A DNA stretch of 63,602 nucleotides, counting the filler, from Craspedostauros australis (lineage: Eukaryota), in assembly GCA_030167865.1 (NCBI GenBank). It is 10 parts of 10 records of this genome, joined end to end, with 100 filler letters (N's around TTAATTAATTAA, not from the genome) between each part and the next. Parts side by side here need not be neighbours in the genome. Positions count along the whole stretch, not along the records: positions 42,818 to 54,884 come from JALAGF010005715.1; positions 54,985 to 56,449 come from JALAGF010005716.1; positions 56,550 to 63,602 come from JALAGF010005717.1; 7 more parts are not named here. One strand, given 5' to 3'. The first letter of the stretch is position 1, and every line of letters begins with the position of its first letter. Below are positions 48,793 to 60,984 of the stretch, one piece after another. A program made the position numbers and the translations under genes. Under the pieces are notes generated by a model, which worked only from the letters and a program-made list of their open reading frames with translations, was not told the origin of the DNA and searched no databases.

Positions 48793-50271
48793 CTACGTCT
48801 CTCGAAGGGCATTCCAAATGAACGTGTTCTGCGGTATCCCTTGCTGTTCCATGTAGTTCACCACTTTGCGCATGCGCTGCCTTCTATCCCCAACGCGACT
48901 TTTGCGGATGATCTTGATCATCGTTGTGCACGTGATTTCATTTGGGATGACAGACTGCTCCAGCATCTCATCCCACAGGGCATCCGCTGCCGCCGCGTCG
49001 CCCGATCGCACATGGCAATTCAGCACGCAATTGTAACTCACCACCGTCGGACGCACGTCGAGCTGCTGGGTGTCGGCCAATTCCGTCATCTTGCGCAGCA
49101 GCTGGTACGCCAAGTCGGTCTGGCTCGTGGAGTAGGCCGACAGGACCGTGTTGAAGACGAACACGTTGGGTCGCATCGCTGGATCCTGCATCGATTCGAC
49201 GTACATGCGCTGCAACCATTCTTGCGCCTTGACGGCGTTGCCGGCCTTGGCCCACGCATTGATGACGGCCGACACCACGATGTGGTTGGGCTTGAGGCTG
49301 GCGTGCCATCGCTGCGGATCGGTCCGGCGCATTTCCATCATGCGGTCGTACAGGGCCTCGGCCTTGGCGCCGTTGCCGCTCTGGGCGTGCGCGTTGATGA
49401 CGGAGCTGAACGTGACGATGGTGGGTTGAAGCGAGAGATCGGTCGCGGAGCGTTCAATCAATCGCTCCAGCAGGCGTTCGCTGAAATCTATGCGTTCCGA
49501 TGGCATTGGCGCATGCGCGGCGCCATCGAGCAACAACGAGTACGTTGCGACGTTGGGCGTGTACAGCGGGGATGCTAGGCATTTGGTCTGATGGTCGTCC
49601 AGTTTCGATAATATCTGGGATGGCAACAGCAGCGTCGCTGGCGAGGATGCTGGGCCCTTGCTGTGGTTCTGCTGCTGTTTCCGAAACACGAACTTCCACG
49701 TCTTGAGGATCGCATGGACGTAAGAGATGTGAAGAGAGCGGCCAGCATTGCTTTGCGACGCCGATGCCTTCTCTTCCACCATGCGATCCAACAGTTGAAA
49801 TGCAGTAGCGATGCCATGCGTCTGATGCTCTGCCCAGTAGAACAGCGCAAGCTGCGATAGATGCCATTGGACATCATCGAGAGATCCGATGGGTGCAATC
49901 AGCAACTGGTCTGTGGTTGTTTGCCATCGATTTGAGATGGTTCTGTAGGATTCGTCCGGCCACTCGGGGGTACTGGCGGTCGTGATCGCAGCTGTGGCAG
50001 ATTCGTTGGATTGTGCTTGAATGTGGATTGCGCCTGCGGAGGAGTTCGCCCGCAATGACATTGCCGAATGCGCCAGTGACGTCGGAGCCGATGGAGTTCT
50101 GGATGGTGGAAACTTCCGCGAGATCGGCGACGATAACCCAGACGTTGACGACGTCCTTGATGCGAGCGATGCGATTGCATCGGTGGCGATTGGACGATGG
50201 CTGCGCAAGCGCTCGTGAAAGGCAGAGACCGCTTGGCTCCTTCGCAGCATCATCCTCGCAGTCGGAAGCAT
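48793..50271 (-). CDS. Pentatricopeptide-repeat protein, likely organelle-targeted
   Basis: About six PPR motifs (PTIVTFSSVINAHA, PNVFVFNTVLSAYS, PTVVSYNCVLNCHV). Arg/Ser-rich N-terminus. Confidence 0.9.
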   Translation of the reverse strand: MLPTARMMLRRSQAVSAFHERLRSHRPIATDAIASLASRTSSTSGLSSPISRKFPPSRTPSAPTSLAHSAMSLRANSSAGAIHIQAQSNESATAAITTASTPEWPDESYRTISNRWQTTTDQLLIAPIGSLDDVQWHLSQLALFYWAEHQTHGIATAFQLLDRMVEEKASASQSNAGRSLHISYVHAILKTWKFVFRKQQQNHSKGPASSPATLLLPSQILSKLDDHQTKCLASPLYTPNVATYSLLLDGAAHAPMPSERIDFSERLLERLIERSATDLSLQPTIVTFSSVINAHAQSGNGAKAEALYDRMMEMRRTDPQRWHASLKPNHIVVSAVINAWAKAGNAVKAQEWLQRMYVESMQDPAMRPNVFVFNTVLSAYSTSQTDLAYQLLRKMTELADTQQLDVRPTVVSYNCVLNCHVRSGDAAAADALWDEMLEQSVIPNEITCTTMIKIIRKSRVGDRRQRMRKVVNYMEQQGIPQNTFIWNALRET

Positions 50272-50387
50272 GGAAGAGTTGATGGGAACCAAACCGCAAG
50301 CCAGGGCAAACCTGCCCACGCATCGACATGAGGATTCCTGGAATCGATTCATCCCATCGCGCTACCTCACAAGGTGCTTGCTTTGAC

Positions 50388-50455
50388 TTGCTTGTTGCAC
50401 TTGCTTGTTGCACTTGCTTGTTGCACTTGCTTGTTGCACTTGCTTGTTGCACTTG
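50388..50455. repeat. 13-bp tandem repeat (CTTGTTGCACTTG) x5
   Basis: Direct inspection. Lies upstream of the PPR gene. Confidence 0.8.
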
Positions 50456-51912
50456 TACAGCAATGGCATGTGTCAATGTCCGGTGCGAGTGGAGTTGCTC
50501 TGTGACGCATGACTGTGGCTTCGCGTGATTGGGATGTCGTTGGTCTTCGTCCATGATTTGCGGTTTTTGGCCACATTTCATTTCTTTGGTCGGAGTCGAG
50601 TTTTGTGGAAGAAACAGACAGAATCCAGGAATCAGAAATTAGTCGATCCAGTCAAACGTGACTGAAGACGTCAGCCGTTGGGAGGCGAAGGTTGCGAACT
50701 CTCTTGGGGAGCACGTACGGGACAACTGTGTCACATGAAATCGCACACGATTAACAAGAGGAATTAACAGTCCATTCAACTCCATAGTAACTTCAACCTG
50801 CGATATGCCCCAAACGGTAATTTTGGATGGGAGCTGTCACACACACGTATTCGATCCGTCTGTCTTCCATAAGTATCAGCGCGATGTTGGCGAAGGGCAG
50901 TCCTGGCATTGCCCTTTTCACTTAACTGAACGGTTATGTGAAATGGTTGCAAATTTTTTGCCGCTGTTTTGGCAGAAAGTTCGAAGGCAATTGCCCGGTG
51001 GCTGCCTCCCACGTTAGCGTGCCACAATACCACCCTCGAAACGGCTGACCCGACTCCGAAGTGCAATCAAACAACAGGAACGGTGGGAGACAATAACACG
51101 AAGCAACCACGAGACCACAAACGCAATCGTTTGGACGACCCACAATGGAGCAATGCATTCTCAACCACATGACAACGATACGACCGTGCGCTGGAACGCT
51201 TTCAGACGAATTTTCGTTGACGGCGCAAAACCAAATCAGTTGTTCTCACAAAACTGCCAGGATCGCAAGCGAAACGGCCAACCAAGCCTTGCGTACAGAC
51301 TGATCAGAAGCATCCCGCCCATCAGCTTTCCCAAACAACGACAACGACAACAACAACAACTGAAAGGTGAGTCTGCCACATCCCAACACAAATGCCACCA
51401 CAGCGCCGAGTGTCAGTGTCATGAGGCAGTGCAGGATGCCCCAAAGGCCACGGCAACCACTAAGAGCGTCGCTGCTGTCGCTCACGCCATGAGTTATGCG
51501 AAGACTTGCCATTGGATGCCGGAAGCCCACATCGCGATGCACATCGTCCCCATGCCTCGCATCCTCTTGCATGATGATTCCATACTGGTCTCACAGTATG
51601 GAAGACCAGCACCTTGCTTGTGCGCACCGACAGCGGGCTCCTCGTGGTGGTGATCCGCACAGCACATTTCGTTCGCAGACTGTCGGTTGCGTGAGGTCGA
51701 CAACGATTCTCAGCAATCGCGACTCACTCCTTGTGACAGCATCCGTGACTTGGAGGATCCGAACAAGTCAGAATCTGACCATTCCACAAGAATCTCGAGT
51801 GCGCGAAATATCGCAACTCCAACTGACCCAGCGCTTCTGATCCATTTCTCCGTCCCCAACTGACGCGCTTCGCGCGCTTCTCGAGTCCAGCAGGCACCCA
51901 ACAGCAGTCACA

Positions 51913-54884
51913 ATGTTCAAGATCAAGGCAGCCATCCTCGGCGCGCTCCTCCTCGCCCATGTGGGCTCGGTCGAGGCCGTCCTGCGTGGCAACAGAGCCT
52001 TGGGTCAGACCGAAGAGCTTCATGTCATGATGCAAGCCACCCGTACCCTCAAGGCTGGCGATGGCAACGGCAAGAACCAGAAAGAGGACAGCAAGAAGAA
52101 CAAGGACACGGAGTCGCCAACCGGCAGTCCAATCACCACCCCTGGCATGCCAACGGCGGCACCGACCAGCGCCCCAACATCGGCGCCGACCTCGGCACCG
52201 ACCAGCGCCCCAACGGCGGCTCCGACCAGCGCCCCGACTGCAGCTCCAACATCGGCTCCGACCAGCGCCCCGACTGCAGCTCCAACATCGGCTCCGACCA
52301 GCGCTCCGACTTCGGCTCCAACATCGGCTCCGACATCGGCTCCGACATCAGCACCGACCAGCGCTCCGACCTCGGCACCGACCAGCGCCCCAACTTCGGC
52401 TCCAACATCAGCACCGACATCGGCTCCGACCAGCGCCCCAACTTCGGCTCCAACTTCTGCCCCAACCACACCAACGGCTGCCCCAACCTCGGCACCGACC
52501 AGCGCACCAACATCGGCTCCAACTTCTGTACCGACATCCGCACCAACTTCTGCACCGACCGCAGTCCCAACTTCGGCACCTACTTCTGCACCGACCGCAG
52601 TCCCAACTTCGGGACCAACATCTGCACCTACTTCGGCCCCAACATCCGCCCCGACAGCCGCCCCGACATCCGCGCCAACTTCAGCGCCAACTGCATCGCC
52701 AACTTCGGCCCCAACCATGTTCGATGCCTCCATCATCACCATCTGCAACCCCGATGACAACGGAGGCATGACTGTGGGAGATATCAAGACGTTGATTTGC
52801 AACAGGGACAAAGCGTCATGCCGCCAGGCCATTCTTGCCGTGCGCGGTCTCAACGACCTCCAGACGTTCTTCGCATGCGCCGGAGACGGCATGAGCGAAG
52901 GAGCGTCCCGCGCTCTGTTCAACAGATTCGCTTCCAATCCAGACCTCGCCCAGCAGCTCGAGATGGCCTTCTCCACCGGAACCCAATTCGTTACCGCTTT
53001 GGAAGGAACCCCGATGACAACAACATGTAACGGGATCGTCGCAACCTGCTGCGCCAACGACGGTGACTGCTCCTCCACATCCGCCGACACCTACATGACC
53101 GTGGCACTCAACGGATGCGTCGGAATGAATGCGTGCGCTGGAATGGGTCCAAACGCGATCGTCCTTGAGTCTTCTTGCAACGGACCCGACGCATGTAACG
53201 GTGTGAACGCAAATGATGCCATGCTGGTGGCATCTGGAGTCACTTTCATTGGCGAAGTGGCCTGCACCACCGCCAACTCTTGTGAACGCCTTGGAGCCTT
53301 CTCCTATGGCGACGTTATTGTCCAGAATGGAGGCTGCGTTGGAGCCAACGCGTGTACCCTTGCCGGACTGCACCAACAGCAGGTGACGGCGGGGCGCCGT
53401 GTGTCCAACATCAACGTCGGCCAGAACGCCTGCAACAACGTCAACGCGTGCCGCGACGCCCACTCCTCCAGCGGTGGAGGAGCCAAGGTCGGCGGAAGTC
53501 TCAGCATCGAGGACGGTGCCTGCGTTGGCAACAACGCCTGTCAAGACTTGGCCAACAGCGACCTCATGGTCACTGCTGTTGTTGTCGAAGAGGACGAGTG
53601 CTCTGGAACTGACACCTGCAAGGGATGCGTGCTTGACAACTGTCCCAACCCCGATGGCCAGGTGTACGTCATCAGCAACGCAGCCCTTGCGTGCCCCAAG
53701 GACGCCATGGGCGACCCAACTGGTGCTGTTGTCGTCATCTTCTGCGTCAACCTGGACGACCGCCCAACTGAGTGCCCTACCTTCGCCCCAACCCCGCTCA
53801 TGAGCGACATCCCGTCCGTCCTTCCGTCCGAGCTCCCGTCCCAAGGTCCAACCCGAACACCGACCGAAAGTCCATCCGACCTGCCATCCGTGCTCCCGTC
53901 CGAGGGTCCGTCCAACTTCCCAAGCGTCCTTCCATCCGACGGACCCACCATCGAACCAACCGCTGCCCCGACCATCAACAAGACTCCGCTGCAGACACTC
54001 TGCCTGGGAACTCCAGGCGATGTCGGCTCCACGATTACGTTAGGACCACAGGTCCTCTGCGACGACGACATGGGCATCTGCACCAACTTCGTGAATGCCA
54101 TCGAATCGCTCCCCGACAACAAGGACAGACTCGTCAAGAGCATCCTCGGATGTGCCCCCTATGGAGCCATGGCCACCGTCGAAGTCGCCCAGGCCCGCTT
54201 CGATACCATCAAGAACGACGCAAGTGCCATCACTGCCATCCTTGGCGCCCTTGAGGGCAGCGGTATCTTCCTGACTGGGACTGCTGCAGAGGTCGAAAAT
54301 GAGTGCTACAATTCTGGCTTCTCGTGCTGCAGTGATGGCGCCCAGTGTACGACAGCAGATGCCAATGATATCATCACCATCACTCCAGACTCTTGTTCCG
54401 GCACAACCATGGCGAATCCGTCCTGCGACGATCTTGGCGGCGACATCATCATCCTCGGCAGCTGCCTCAATGACAACTCCTGCTCTGCCCTTGGCAGCTT
54501 CGGAGTGGCGCCCAACGCCCAAGCCGTCATCGGTTCCACCATCATCGGACCAGCCGCCTGCACCAACGCCAGAAGCTGCCAAAACCTGGGATTCAACATC
54601 TACGGAAACATCCGCATCGAGCGTGCTGCGTGCAATGGCGTGGATAGCTGTAACGGCATGGGTGTCCGTGTGGCACAATCACCAATGGTCATCACACCGG
54701 TTCTTGCCGATATCCTCGTGCAGGAGGAGGGATGCCAAGGGCAGCGCTCATGCCAGAACGTCCACCGCGGAACTGGAAAGACCACTGGAAGCCTTGACAT
54801 TGGACAGAACGCCTGCATGTCCGTCGACAGTTGCAACGGCGCCGCAAGCAGCAACGATGCAGTTGATGACCTCGTCATCGAGGA
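51913..54884 (+). CDS. Secreted mucin-like cell-surface protein: signal peptide, RxL motifs, (APTS)n stalk, two Cys-rich modules (3'-truncated)
   Basis: MFKIKAAILGALLLAHVGSVEA; LRGNRAL and TRTL; about 45 APTS/APTA units; duplicated Cys-rich domain separated by PSxxPS repeats. Confidence 0.85.
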
Positions 54885-54984
54885 NNNNNNNNNNNNNNNN
54901 NNNNNNNNNNNNNNNNNNNNNNNNNNNNTTAATTAATTAANNNNNNNNNNNNNNNNNNNNNNNNNNNNNNNNNNNNNNNNNNNN

Positions 54985-56449
54985 GGTTCCGGTCTTGCCT
55001 GTCGCGGTGGCTCAGGTCGCCTCTCCTGTGGTCGGTGGTGAAGGAGTGTCACCATGCATCCTCCGAGGATGAAGTGCCTCTCCATGATGCTCAGTGGTGG
55101 TTGGCCGTGATGCTCGAGGATCCTGTTGAGAATCATGCTGTTTGCTAGGATCTCTTCGATTGACAGAAGCTCTGCCATGATGAACATTCCTGACACTCGT
55201 CCAACGAATGCCATCTGGATGCGTCGATTGTTGGGGAACAAGTTGCGGGCCCCGTTGAAGATGGCGTTGCTGACCATCTCGCGTTGTCTGATCTCGGCCG
55301 TGAAAGTTGGGTACGGCACAGTGTCATGTCTGCCGTGCGCTCCTCGTTGGTTGAAGAAGTCCGTGGGCCCAAAACGTAGGCCGGTTGGGAAGATCACGTC
55401 TTCGTGGTGGTTCATGACTCGTTGGCCTTCTGGTCTGAGAGGACGGAATCTGTTCCGGACGTATAGTGGACGAGTTGCGTCGCTGTCGTCATCTNNNNNN
55501 NNNNNNNNNNNNNNNNNNNNNNNNNNNNNNNNNNNNNNNNNNNNNNNNNNNNNNNNNNNNNNNNNNNNNNNNNNNNNNNNNNNNNNNNNNNNNNNNNNNN
55601 NNNNNNNNNNNNNNNNNNNNNNNNNNNNNNNNNNNNNNNNNNNNNNNNNNNNNNNNNNNNNNNNNTCGTGTGTGTTGAGGCAGTAATCGAAATCGAGATC
55701 AAAACGAGGCTCGTTGTCGAGCGTCACCTCGTGGATGATTGGTCCGTCGTCGAGCCATGCTGGGATGCTCGTGTCGTCGTGGACCTCGTCTGTTCCTGGA
55801 AAGTGTTGGAAGGTATCAAAGAATGAATCATCGACNNNNNNNNNNNNNNNNNNNNNNNNNNNNNNNNNNNNNNNNNNNNNNNNNNCGAAGAGATTGTCGT
55901 CCAGGAGCATGTCTTGCTCAATCGGGGGCTCCCCGGCTTCCTCCATAGCGAGGATATCGATATCCTCCTTGGGGTCTTCCTCTCGGTTGCCGTTGCTTGG
56001 TAAGTCGTGTGTGTTGAGGCAGTAATCGAAATCGAGATCAAAACGAGGCTCGTTGTCGAGCGTCACCTCGTGGATGATTGGTCCGTCGTNNNNNNNNNNN
56101 NNNNNNNNNNNNNNNNNNNNNNNNNNNNNNNNNNNNNNNNNNNNNNNNNNNNNNNNNNNNNNNNNNNNNNNNNNNNNNNNNNNNNNNNNNNNNNNNNNNN
56201 NNNNNNNNNNNNNNNNNNNNNNNNNNNNNNNNNNNNNNNNNNNNNNNNNNNNNNNNNNNNNNNNNNNNNNNNNNNNNTTTCTCTTTTCGTTGAACTTTTT
56301 CTTCCTGCAGTCTGCCTCTCGATGCCCTGGGATGCCACAGTAATGGCACTTCCCACTGAAGCCGTTGCCTCGACCTCTTCCTCTGTTGCCGCGGTTGCCT
56401 TGATTGCCGCGCTGATCTCTTCTGTTGCCTCTGTTGTTGTAGCCTCCTC
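54985..56449 (-). mobile_element. Probable Copia gag-protease spacer fragment
   Basis: Acidic repeats plus the helical segment MFIMAELLSIEEILANSMILNRILEHHGQPPL, similar to 32240-32345 in the Copia at 29222. Confidence 0.45.
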
Positions 56450-56529
56450 NNNNNNNNNNNNNNNNNNNNNNNNNNNNNNNNNNNNNNNNNNNNTTAATTA
56501 ATTAANNNNNNNNNNNNNNNNNNNNNNNN

Positions 56530-59500
56530 NNNNNNNNNNNNNNNNNNNNCGCGATATCTGGTCGCGAGTGCTTGATGAGGAAGAGTAGCATACCGACGCC
56601 TCGGCGGTATTCGGCATGTTCTTCCGGTCCAACTTTCTGTAGTCAGTTCTCTTTGGATGGTCGCATGATGGTTTGACCCGGGGTTCCCGGTGTCACATAG
56701 TGCTGCATCTTCTCAACCTTGGTTCCGAACTCTTCGATGAGATGTCGGATGAGATGTGGTTGACGCAATGTTGCTCTAGTCTTGTTGTGGTTCAACTCGA
56801 TGTTGCAACTGAGGTAGTCTCCGAGTCCGTGCTCGATTGTCACCTTGAGCTTGCTGCCTTGGATGTCCTTCAGGAATGTCTCCAGTGCCTTGGAGTCTCC
56901 GCAGCAGAAGCAGTCGTCCACGTAAATGGCCACAATCATACTTCCTTTGTTCGTCTTTCTGTAGAACAGGCACGGGTCTGCTGCGCTCTGTTCGAAGTTG
57001 ATGTTCTTGAGGGTCGACACCAACATCTTGAACCACTGCCTGGCGCTCTGCACAAGTCCGTAGATTGGCTCATGTAGGGTCAGGGCTTCGTCTGGTTGAT
57101 GATCCATCCCATTGGGACAGTTCATGTAAATCTCCTCGTCGAGGTCTCCGTGTAGGAATGCTGTTACGACATCGACGAGTGCGCAGTCCATCTTCTTGAT
57201 CAGCATGATCACCATCATAACTCGGTAGGTCACGTCGTGGATGACGGGTGAGTAATGCTCTTGGAAGTCTACTCCTGCGACTTGTGAATAGCCACATGCA
57301 ACGAGCCGCGCTCGATGTGTGCCGTCACGTTTCAGCTTGAAGACCCATTTGCATTTGCAGCATCTGTGGCCGTGTGGAATGGCGTCTCGTTTGATCTTGC
57401 TGTACACCTTGCGTGTATCCATGGAGTCGAACTCCTTTTTGATGGCTGCTCGGTATCCCTTTCGATGGATGGGATCTGGATGATTGAAGGCTCCATCGAA
57501 TGTCGTTGGTTCGATGTGCTTCTCTAGTTCCTTGTTCTCGTCCTGCATCGACAGTCCGATGTCGATCGCTGGTGTATCGGTGATGATTGCGTTCATTCCA
57601 TATAGTCCTGGTGTGGTATGATGGGTAATTTCGATCTCTTCTTCTTCGTCCATGATTTTCTCGTCATCCGTAGTTTCGTTGTTGGATTCGTCGGTTATCT
57701 CGTCGCTGAGTTCATCACTGTCTTCGTTGGATGATGGATCGCTTTCATAACCTTCCTCCTTTCGACCTCGTTTGTTGAAGTCTGCGAGCTCACGCAGAGC
57801 TCTGGGAATATTCTTTCCTGTAGTTGACTTGGGATTAGCTTCTCCCTTCCTGCCTCGTGATTCGTGACGTCGGATCCTCTCCTTTCTAGCTATGTCACGT
57901 TTGCTTGGTTTGGTCGGTGGAGATCTCGATGATGTGTCATGCGCAGATCTCGCTGGTGTGTTCGGAGGAGTGACGCCTGTGTCATCGTCGGCTTCGTCGC
58001 CAGATGGTTGGATCTCGTCATCCTCATGATTGGATTCGCTCCGATCTTCCTCGTCGTCATGGATTAGTTGAGTCACTACTCCATCGTCCTCATTATCCTC
58101 ATCGTCGCCATCCGATAGGATGTGATACTTGTTCGTGTCTGCAAAGGATACTCTCCTTGGTTCTGTCATTTGACGCGCTGCCGTCCTTGGCGTTGCTCCC
58201 TTCCGTCCGATGGCCTTGAAGCCGTCTGCGTCCGTGGTGTCTGCATCGTTGACTGTGTTTGGTGCTGGTGCCCAGCCACGGAACAGTCCGTATGATTGAT
58301 TGAGCCATTTAATGTCGTGAGAACAGACCAGTGACTTGGTTGATGGTCTGTACATGTTGTAGACCCCTGATGCATGTTGGTGTGCATATCCGATGAACAC
58401 CATCTCTTCTCCTCTATTCTTGAGTTTAGCGGTGATCCCGCCGTAGGTAGTCTTCACAACACCCACCTCTCCGAAAGTGCGGAGTGCATCCGCATATGGT
58501 GGATCACTATCGAAGAATTGGCGGTGTGGTGACTTCTTCTGATTCTTTGCCACGGTGACGTTGGCAATGGCGGTGGCAGTGCTCGCAGCTGCTGCCCACA
58601 GGCCATGTCTATACTCTTCGTTGAGTTGTGATCCGTTGAGCATGGAGCAAATCTTTGTGTAGAGATACGCGAACTTGCGTTCCACTCTACCGTTTTGTTG
58701 CGGCGTGTTGGATTCCGTGAACTCGAATTTCACGTTGAGTCCTGCATCGATGAGAATATCCTGCGTGGATTTGTTCTCTCCGCTGTTGTCACCTCGGACG
58801 ATGATTTGTTGGTCACCTGTCGGTGATTTGATCGTTTGCACGAATCGTTTGATGTATCCTGGTTGGTCACTTTTGTTCTTCAGAAAGAAGCTCCAGCAGT
58901 AGTCTGGGCAGTTGTCCACAATCAGAGTCCAGTAGCGTTTATCTCCGAAGCTTATGTGTTTAGTGTAACCAATGTCAATGAAAAGGCGTTCGCAGCGGCA
59001 AGTCGCTCTTGGGATTGTTGTCTTCGGGATGTTCTTCACTCTTGCGTTCGCGACCGCGCAGTCGCGGCATACTGGCATCTCGCCGATGATCTTCCATCCG
59101 TATTGAGCGGCTGTCCGCTTCATTGTCTCAAGTGGCGCGTGGCCGAGCATTCGGTGCAATTCCACCGCGCTCAACTCTTTGGATGGGCTCTTGACGATGG
59201 CTGTGGAAGTCTTGTCGTCCTCAGTTGGCATGATGGGATGCATCTGCACTCCCGTGATGAATCCGTTGGAGGTGCGAAAGATCCGATCGAAGATGATCTT
59301 CTTCCCAGCTCTGTTGATGATGTCCATCAGAATGCTGTCGCTACCAAGCTGGTAACCGTTGTACAGAGCCTTGTTCATAGAGAAAAGGTTCACCGTCATC
59401 TTGGGTGTGTACTTCACATCATCAAGCCAGATGGTGTAGCCAGTGTTGTCTCGTTGCTTGATCTGCAGTTTGATGGAGCCGATCTTGGGAGAGTCCAGTT

Positions 59501-59780
59501 TTGTGCTGTCTCCCACTTGGACGAATGACTTGATGTGCCGCATGAAGAAGAGGGCGGCATCTGAATTGACGATGTGACACGAAGCTCCGCTGTCGGCAAG
59601 CCAGGTGTCCTTGTTGACCTTGTCCTTCTATTTGGTGCTCAGTTCGTGGAGCTGTTCCATGGCAGCCGCTGCTATGTCGTCTTTGTAGTCGTTGTTGTTG
59701 GGATCGTTGTTCCCATCGCCCATTCCGTGGTAGGTCACGCCGTCGTAGTACGGTTCTGCGGGCACAGCTGGGGTCGTGCT
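56530..59780 (-). pseudogene. pol: Ty1/copia pol (protease, GAG-pre, integrase, RT), inactivated
   Basis: WLADSGASCH (frameshift at about 59545), HRMLGH..CRDC, RGDNSGEN, TPQQNGRVER, KWVFKLK, RARLVACGYSQ, DVVTAFL, YVDD. In-frame stop at 56643. Confidence 0.93.
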
Positions 59781-60984
59781 TGTTGGAAATCCGGGGTTAT
59801 AGTAGTAGACTAATCTGTTATCAGTCTGTACCGTTTTAGAACTGTGAGCACAACATGCTCATCTCCTTTCGATTCCAATTTCACAACAAGCATGATCTGC
59901 AGCAGCCACCCGAGGTTACACCCTTTAGCTTGGCTCCTTTCGTCTGCATCTTCATCTTGCTTTCATCGTGGTTCATCGCTTGCTTAGCTGAGGATTGGAG
60001 AGTACCTACATTCGTCAAGTTCATACTCGTAGACCTGTAGGTACCTCTCTTTCAGTCTCCTGTCACCTCACTGGTCCCACTTCATTTCAGTTCCTCCCTC
60101 CAGTCATCTTGATGGTTGCCTTTGGATGTTTGGAACTTATCGTCGTCTGGATCGTGGTCTTGGGTGAATAGGGATCGCCTCTGTTTCGCTTTCTNNNNNN
60201 NNNNNNNNNNNNNNNNNNNNNNNNNNNNNNNNNNNNNNNNNNNNTATCAGTCTGTACCGTTTTAGAACTGTGAGCACAACATGCTCATCTCCTTTCGATT
60301 CCAATTTCACAACAAGCATGATCTGCAGCAGCCACCCGAGGTTACACCCTTTAGCTTGGCTCCTTTCGTCTGCATCTTCATCTTGCTTTCATCGTGGTTC
60401 ATCGCTTGCTTAGCTGAGGNNNNNNNNNNNNNNNNNNNNNNNNNNNNNNNNNNNNNNNNNNNNNNNNNNNNNNNNNNNNNNNNNNNNNNNNNNNNNNNNN
60501 NNNNNNNNNNNNNNNNNNNNNNNNNNNNNNNNNNNNGATGGTTGCCTTTGGATGTTTGGAACTTATCGTCGTCTGGATCGTGGTCTTGGGTGAATAGGGA
60601 TCGCCTCTGTTTCGCTTTCTCATATTAGGTTCTCAGGGACACGTCGACTTGCTCAGATATATTGGTTGTCGCGCTCATTCGATTCACTCAGGGCTGGTGT
60701 GTTGCCCTCGTCATAGATCTCTCGGTTCCCGACCGTTATCGGGACATGGCCGAGTAGGCCACTGGATGAGGGTGCTTGGATGTCGCATAAGACAGGTAAG
60801 GCCATTGGGCTGTCCGAGTGCAACTGGTCGATTGCTAGGTTGCGGTTTGTCTGGGAGATGCTATTGGGGGTTGCGGCAACCATGGGTATCTTTTCACATA
60901 ATTCCATTCCGGTTCCAGTCAGTCCTCATGGGAGCTGCGGTAGAATACGGTATCTTTGCAAAGTCGTACCCCCGATTCCTGACA
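59781..60984 (+). mobile_element. Family A element (gapped, partly duplicated), flanks not duplicated
   Basis: Both termini present. Flanks are CGTGCT and GACAAC. Confidence 0.85.

Noticed and set aside
46794..50271. PheRS-PPR convergent pair as a functional cluster
   Set aside because: Ordinary compact diatom gene arrangement; no evidence of a shared pathway.
52020..53090. Antisense GAEV/GADV-repeat ORF and other long shadow ORFs opposite PheRS, PPR and pol
   Set aside because: Mirror frames of genuine genes.
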